Shown here piece after piece: positions 58,736-64,000 of a DNA stretch of 64,000 bases. Source of the DNA: Spirochaetota bacterium (lineage in GTDB: Bacteria > Spirochaetota > UBA4802 > JAFGDQ01); the NCBI GenBank assembly GCA_043803405.1, contig JAZDKB010000036.1:1-64000 (forward strand), given 5' to 3'. A model generated the notes under the pieces. That model was not told the DNA's origin. It made no database searches and was given only the letters and a program-made list of their open reading frames with translations. The position numbers were made by a program, and so were the translations under genes. Every line of letters starts with the position of its first letter. Positions within the stretch are counted from its first letter, which is position 1.

Positions 58736-59380
58736 ATGAAAAAAATTCTATTTATAATCGCTGTGCTGTTTACAGCTTCAGCATTAGTGAATGCACAGGA
58801 AAGTCAAAAGTCCGAACCCGCTAAAGAGAATACAGTAAAAACGGTTGAGCCTGCAACACCTGCCGCTACAGTCGAAGAAAAAGCAAAAGAAGCTGCTATT
58901 GAAAAAAAAGTCGAAGAACCTAAAAAAGAAGCCGTAGTAAAAGAAGCAGCCAAAGAAGTTGAGAAAAAAGCAGAAGCAAAACCTGCTGTAAAAGCAAGCA
59001 AAGAAAGTTACATGGCCGACCTGTCCGGCAATGATGAAAAAAAAATTATTGCAGCAGCAGACTGGCTTGGTGAAAAAGAAGAGAAGTCCGCTGTGCCGCA
59101 GCTTGTTAATCTTTTAAAGAACGATAAAAGAACAAAAGTCAGATTATTTGCCACAGTCGCCCTGGGACAGATAGGGGATGAAAGCTGCATACCGGCTCTC
59201 AACGAAGCGCTTCTTAACGACGGCAATGCAGACGTGAGGTATTCAGTTCTTCTTGCAATACACAGGATAAATCCTGCAAAATCACTTGACGCCCTTAAAA
59301 AAGCAAAAGAGACAGATTCCGATCCTTACATTAAAGATTATATCGAAAAAATGGAAGCAAAATGGAACGAAAAAAAATAA
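58736..59380 (+). CDS. Exported HEAT-repeat protein
   Basis: Signal peptide, Lys/Glu/Ala-rich linker, AVP.L..LL.ND...VR..A..ALG.IG. Confidence 0.8.
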   Translation: MKKILFIIAVLFTASALVNAQESQKSEPAKENTVKTVEPATPAATVEEKAKEAAIEKKVEEPKKEAVVKEAAKEVEKKAEAKPAVKASKESYMADLSGNDEKKIIAAADWLGEKEEKSAVPQLVNLLKNDKRTKVRLFATVALGQIGDESCIPALNEALLNDGNADVRYSVLLAIHRINPAKSLDALKKAKETDSDPYIKDYIEKMEAKWNEKK

Positions 59381-59420
59381 ATTATAAAGTTTATTAAATA
59401 ACAATAATTAGTTAATTTAT

Positions 59421-59452
59421 AAAAAGCATGCTGAATCTGTAGCATGCTTTTT
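59421..59452 (+). terminator. Intrinsic terminator
   Basis: AAAAAGCATGCT / AGCATGCTTTTT. Confidence 0.8.
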
Positions 59453-59508
59453 TAATTTTTTATTGGCTATTATCCCTAAGGGAATAACTAACAAACAGGT
59501 ATTACATA

Positions 59509-60315
59509 ATGATAAACGAAGAAATAAAATATTTAGTATTCGATATTGAATCTGTTCCGGACGGCAAACTAATTAAAAAAGTTAAATACGCGGGCATGGA
59601 GATCACTGAAAAAGAAGCGATTGCTAAATACCAGGAAGAGATACTGACAAACTCCGACGGCCAGACGTTTTTTATACCTGTGACATTCCAGTACCCGGTT
59701 TCTGTTTGCGTTGCATTCATAAAAGAAGATTTTTCCTTATCGGACATTAAGCTTCTGGATGAACCTGAATACAGGACCGCTGTTATAGTTAAGTCTTTCT
59801 GGGATATGGCTGAATTCTCGCATAAGGAAGCTTCGCTGGTCACGTTTAACGGACGCGGCTTTGATATTCCCTTAATGGAACTGATGGCTTTCAGATACGG
59901 CTATACCATTAAAAGGCACATGAAAGACAAGTTCGGTTCAAGATACAGATTCGGCACAAAGCATATTGATTTACATGACTGGCTATCGAACTTTAATGCT
60001 ATACGCATGAACGGCGGGCTGAACCTGCTTGCAAAGACTCTCGGGAAACCCGGCAAGATGGAAGCAAAGGGCGACGAAGTGTACGACATGTTCACTGCAG
60101 GCAAACTGAAGGAAATCAACGATTACTGTACGCACGATGTGCTCGATACGTACTTTGTGTTTCTGCGCACGCGCGTTTTGCTCGGGGAGCTCTCAATCGA
60201 CCGGGAGCAGAAACTGGTCAAAAGCACGCTCGAATTTTTAAAAGCGAATGCGGAGAAAAGACCCGCGTTCGGGATTTATCTGAAATGTTGCGGGGAATGT
60301 AATCCGTGGCCGTAA
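59509..60315 (+). CDS. PolB-like 3'-5' exonuclease
   Basis: VFDIESVPD, LVTFNGRGFDIP, H.DL, YC..DV. Confidence 0.85.
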   Translation: MINEEIKYLVFDIESVPDGKLIKKVKYAGMEITEKEAIAKYQEEILTNSDGQTFFIPVTFQYPVSVCVAFIKEDFSLSDIKLLDEPEYRTAVIVKSFWDMAEFSHKEASLVTFNGRGFDIPLMELMAFRYGYTIKRHMKDKFGSRYRFGTKHIDLHDWLSNFNAIRMNGGLNLLAKTLGKPGKMEAKGDEVYDMFTAGKLKEINDYCTHDVLDTYFVFLRTRVLLGELSIDREQKLVKSTLEFLKANAEKRPAFGIYLKCCGECNPWP

Positions 60316-60324
60316 ACTTAACTA

Positions 60325-61227
60325 TCAATATAATAATTCCTTTGCCTTGATAAGGTTATAAACCGCATCATTATAAGGCGTTGGAATCGAATTCAATTTA
60401 CCGAGCTTAATTATAATGCCATTGATGCTGTCTATTTCCGTTCTTCTGTTCGCCTTAACGTCCTGCAGCATTGAGCAAATATTCTGAGATGTATTTTTAC
60501 AAACATTTCTTGTTTGCTCAATCATCTGATCAGCATCCAGTTTCAAACCAATCTTTGCGGCAACATTAACAGCCTCCCTTATTATATTTTCCTGAAGATT
60601 TCTGCCGTATTCGCTCTCAATAATTTTTCCGTTCGGCACACCCAGAAGCGCTCCAAGCGGATTTATCCCTGCATTGATAATTGCTTTCTTCCATACAACT
60701 TCCTCAGGATTCACAGAAACGTTTACCTTAAGACCGGCCTTTTTCAATACGCTGCCTGCAATTGCAACCGCCTCTTTATCCGCGCCGCCTATAACAACAT
60801 CGCCCATGCCGCCCAGCCTCACAGTATTCCCGTTTACTCTTGTTGCCCCAATGGAAGTTGAACCGTATACTATTCTGTCTTCGTGAATATACTTTGCAAT
60901 AATATCTTTACTGCCTATTCCGTTTTGAAGGCTTACTATAATGCTTGTTTTATCTATCTCCGGTGCAATTTCTTTAACAGCATCTTCGGTATCGTATGTC
61001 TTTACGAAAATAATTATTATCTGACACCCTTTCAGGATTAATGGATTATTACCGATATCGATTTTAATATTTACCGTATCATCGCCGAGAATTACATTTA
61101 ATCCTGAACCGATATTTTTTATAATATCATTATTTTTTTCAAAAAACGTCAGGTTAATATCCGCTTTGTGAAAAAAATAAGCAAAGATGGAGCCCATTGC
61201 GCCTGCTCCGACTATACCGATTTTCAT
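60325..61227 (-). CDS. panE: 2-dehydropantoate 2-reductase
   Basis: GAGAMG, VKTYD, LQNG, WKK.IIN..INP, SMLQD...RRTEID.ING. Confidence 0.93.
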   Translation of the reverse strand: MKIGIVGAGAMGSIFAYFFHKADINLTFFEKNNDIIKNIGSGLNVILGDDTVNIKIDIGNNPLILKGCQIIIIFVKTYDTEDAVKEIAPEIDKTSIIVSLQNGIGSKDIIAKYIHEDRIVYGSTSIGATRVNGNTVRLGGMGDVVIGGADKEAVAIAGSVLKKAGLKVNVSVNPEEVVWKKAIINAGINPLGALLGVPNGKIIESEYGRNLQENIIREAVNVAAKIGLKLDADQMIEQTRNVCKNTSQNICSMLQDVKANRRTEIDSINGIIIKLGKLNSIPTPYNDAVYNLIKAKELLY

Positions 61228-61373
61228 AATGATGCCTCTTTTTCAATATAAACTTTTATTTAAAAAAGATTTGCCGAATAATAAAATATCTTGATTTCGA
61301 ATTCATATATCAATAAGTTTACAGTATAATTTATCTTTAATATAAACATACTGAGATGTAAAGCGAATTATAA

Positions 61374-62420
61374 ATGAAAATACTAATAACAGGCACGGCA
61401 GGCTTCATCGGTTTTCACCTGGCGCAAAAAATGATTGAAAGAGGCGACGAGATTATCGGCCTGGATAATATTAATGACTATTATGATCCAAAATTAAAAT
61501 ACGCCAGATTAAACGAATCGGGGATATCGGAAAAACAAACTGCTTACAATAAGCTAGTTAAAAGCAAAAAATATAAAAATTACAGATTTATTCAACTGAA
61601 TCTTGAAGATAAAGAAAACATCGATAAATTTTTTAAAAAAGAAAAGTTTGATAAAGTCTGTCATCTTGCTGCACAGGCAGGCGTCCGCTACAGCATAACA
61701 AATCCGCACGCATACATTGACTCAAACGTACAGGGCTTTATGAATATTCTCGAGGGCGCGAGACATAACAGCATCGGGCATCTTGTTTATGCGTCGAGTT
61801 CCAGCGTTTACGGAATGAACGAGAAGCAGCCATTCAGCACGAGCGACAACGTAGATCATCCGATCTCGCTATACGCTGCTACAAAAAAAGCGAACGAGCT
61901 TATGGCTTATACATACAGCCATCTTTTCGGGATACCGACTGTTGGGCTGCGTTTCTTTACAGTGTACGGCCCGTGGGGGCGGCCGGACATGGCGTATTTT
62001 CTTTTTACTAAGTCCATCACGGAAAACAAATCGATAGATATTTTCAATAGCGGGAACCTTGAAAGAGATTTCACTTATATTGATGATATTATCGAAGGAG
62101 TTATACGTGTAATTGACAGCCCGTTAAAAGCGAACTTGCAAAATCCTGAACATGCAGCGGGCAAAGCTCCCTACAGGCTTTACAATATCGGCAACAACTC
62201 TCCTGTGAAGCTCATGGATTTTATTCAGACTATCGAAAAGCATCTGGGTAAAGCAGCCAAGAAAAATTTTCTGCCAATGCAGCAGGGAGACGTACTTTCG
62301 ACTTATGCCGATATAGGCGATCTGGAAAGGGATTACGGCTTTAAACCACATACCACAATCGATGAAGGAATAAACAAATTCGTTGAATGGTATAAGGAAT
62401 TTTATCGTATTTCTTTGTAA
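61374..62420 (+). CDS. NAD-dependent epimerase (UDP-glucuronate 4-epimerase-like)
   Basis: TGTAGFIG, HLAAQAGVRYS, YAATKK, RFFTVYGPWGRPDMA. Confidence 0.92.
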   Translation: MKILITGTAGFIGFHLAQKMIERGDEIIGLDNINDYYDPKLKYARLNESGISEKQTAYNKLVKSKKYKNYRFIQLNLEDKENIDKFFKKEKFDKVCHLAAQAGVRYSITNPHAYIDSNVQGFMNILEGARHNSIGHLVYASSSSVYGMNEKQPFSTSDNVDHPISLYAATKKANELMAYTYSHLFGIPTVGLRFFTVYGPWGRPDMAYFLFTKSITENKSIDIFNSGNLERDFTYIDDIIEGVIRVIDSPLKANLQNPEHAAGKAPYRLYNIGNNSPVKLMDFIQTIEKHLGKAAKKNFLPMQQGDVLSTYADIGDLERDYGFKPHTTIDEGINKFVEWYKEFYRISL

Positions 62421-62464
62421 ATGGTTCCGGATATTTCCGGATAAGCAGGGATTTAAATCCCTGC

Positions 62465-63613
62465 TTATTTCTTGTATTTTTGCAAAAGTTCCAGCACGTT
62501 TTCAATTACGTACCCGATCTCTTTATCAGTCATGGCCGGATATATCGGCAATGAAAACGTCCTTGTGAATACCCATTCGCTTTCAGGATAATCCTTTGCA
62601 TTGTATCCCAAGGCTTTATAATAGCTGAACCTGTAGATCGGAATAAAATGCACGCTGCACGAAATTCCCCTCTGCTTCATTTCAAATACGAATTTATTTC
62701 TGTCTATTGAAAGATAATCGGGATTAAGCTTAAGCGGATAAAGATGCCATGCCGTTTTATTATAATTCCTTATTTTGTATAATATAAGACCGTCATGGCT
62801 ACTGAATGCTTCATTATATTTCAGCGCGATCTTAGCGCGCATCCCGTTCAGTTTATCCGCTTTCTTTAGCTGCTCAATTCCCATTGCGGAATTAATATCT
62901 GTCGTATTGTATTTGTATCCTGCTTCGACAACATCGTATTCCCAGAAGTTCTCATCGTTCTCCCTTTCCCATGCATCGCGCGTTACCCCGTGAAGCCGCA
63001 GCAGGCGTGTTCTGGTTGCCCACTCGCTGTTCTCAGTAGTTAGCATGCCGCCCTCGCCTGTAGCAATAGTCTTGGTTGCGTAAAAGCTAAAGCATGTGGC
63101 GTGGCCTATTGTACCGACAAAGCGGTTTTTATACAAGGCCGGGAAAGAATGCGCTGCGTCTTCGATAACATAGAGATTATGTTTCTTTGCAATTTCCATA
63201 ATTGCATCCATATCTGCAGGCTGGCCGCCATAATGCACAGGCATTATCACTTTTGTATTCTTAGTGATAAGAGATTCGATCTTTGACGCATCCATCAGAT
63301 GCGTATCGCGCTCAATGTCCGCAAACACTGGCTTTGCTCCAAAGTAGATCGCTACTTCCGCGCTCGCAGCATGTGTGAACGTAGGCACTATCACCTCGCC
63401 CCCCTGCTTCAGACCGGCGCATTTAAGCGCTAGATGCAGCGCTGCAGTGCATGAGTTGACAGCAACAGCTTCCTTTGCTCCGACATACTGAGCGAACTTT
63501 TTTTCGAACTCGTACGTTTTCGCTCCCATTGTGAGCCAGCCGCTTTTGATGGAATCAGCTACAGAATTGATCTCATTTTCATCAGTGAAAGGTTTATGAA
63601 ATGGTACAAGCAT
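62465..63613 (-). CDS. DegT/DnrJ/EryC1/StrS sugar aminotransferase
   Basis: SGWLTMG, NSCTAALH, PVHYGG, EDAAH, FSFYATK.IATGEGG; start ATG 63613. Confidence 0.93.
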   Translation of the reverse strand: MLVPFHKPFTDENEINSVADSIKSGWLTMGAKTYEFEKKFAQYVGAKEAVAVNSCTAALHLALKCAGLKQGGEVIVPTFTHAASAEVAIYFGAKPVFADIERDTHLMDASKIESLITKNTKVIMPVHYGGQPADMDAIMEIAKKHNLYVIEDAAHSFPALYKNRFVGTIGHATCFSFYATKTIATGEGGMLTTENSEWATRTRLLRLHGVTRDAWERENDENFWEYDVVEAGYKYNTTDINSAMGIEQLKKADKLNGMRAKIALKYNEAFSSHDGLILYKIRNYNKTAWHLYPLKLNPDYLSIDRNKFVFEMKQRGISCSVHFIPIYRFSYYKALGYNAKDYPESEWVFTRTFSLPIYPAMTDKEIGYVIENVLELLQKYKK

Positions 63614-63630
63614 AATGATTTTCCTTTTGC

Positions 63631-63726
63631 ACCTCACCCTCCACTTTTTTTTAAACCCCTTCTGCCGCCTCACGGCATCTCCCCCTTATTAAGGGGGAGA
63701 CAAAGAGGGGGTTAAAAAAGTGAGGT
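63631..63726. repeat. Nested palindromic repeat of the CCCCTT-AAGGGG family
   Basis: TCTCCCCCTTATTAAGGGGGAGA inside CACTTTTTT..AACCCC / GGGGTTAAAAAAGTG arms. Confidence 0.55.
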
Positions 63727-63752
63727 CCCAATCATATTAATTTTACACTATT

Positions 63753-64000
63753 CTAACTTTCATTCGCTTGTTTCTCTATCTTCGCAACAGCAGCCGATAA
63801 TCCGATTACGAACCAGAACATAACAAGGTTTTCATCATCAGTATAATAGCACTGGAAAAACGAAGCTGTAATAAATACGCAATACGCGCCGAAAAGCCCA
63901 AGGTAAAAGCTTTTTAAAAGCTTATCATTCACAGATTTTAAATTAACTGTCATATATTTAAATATTCCGAACAGCATATAAACAAACGCCAGAAGCCCTA
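63753..64000 (-). CDS. C-terminal part of an O-antigen ligase-like membrane protein (runs off the window)
   Basis: GL.G...F.....FQ.Y.TD......FWF.IGL ending; next to sugar genes. Confidence 0.55.
   Translation of the reverse strand, partial: GLLAFVYMLFGIFKYMTVNLKSVNDKLLKSFYLGLFGAYCVFITASFFQCYYTDDENLVMFWFVIGLSAAVAKIEKQANES

Noticed and set aside
1..64000. CRISPR array or cas genes
   Set aside because: No regularly spaced repeat-spacer series; the 21-bp periodic repeats at 33970-34022 have only 10-bp gaps and abut a promoter

Overview
Bacterial window, most consistent with a free-living spirochaete (Leptospirae-like; inferred from the FecR/adenylate-cyclase locus, Ig-repeat lipoproteins, CheX-like gene and a spirochaete-type integrase fragment). 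Positions 1-~20.2 kb look like a decaying genomic island attached to the 3' end of tRNA-Arg(ACG). It holds a complete IS256 inserted in a histidine kinase gene and a dense cluster of small general-stress/envelope genes (YtxH, lmo0937-like, CsbD, two BON proteins, DUF3494 ice-binding-like, M50-CBS protease, OmpA/MotB). It also holds a GAF-PAS hybrid kinase, a NarL-type regulator, and an integrase-N-terminus/lactate-dehydrogenase chimeric pseudogene. At least four island promoters share an ungapped ~47-bp motif abutting the -35 box. The rest is mostly core genome: two tRNA-Ser, hisD, mutS, valS, a TetR/TolC/HlyD/ABC exporter, panE and sugar-nucleotide genes. Two signalling loci stand out. One is a 2120-aa pseudokinase-ATPase-GAF-HK-REC-LytS sensor with a LytTR regulator, next to three phased LytTR-type boxes before a perfect sigma70 promoter of an orphan gene. 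The other is a pseudophosphatase-fused membrane adenylate cyclase with a FecR-FN3 protein and an FN3 beta-barrel. Several families of small palindromic repeats (REP-like, MITE-like, structured motifs) occur, one set inside a coding frame. All product calls are by eye from motifs; no database searches were run.
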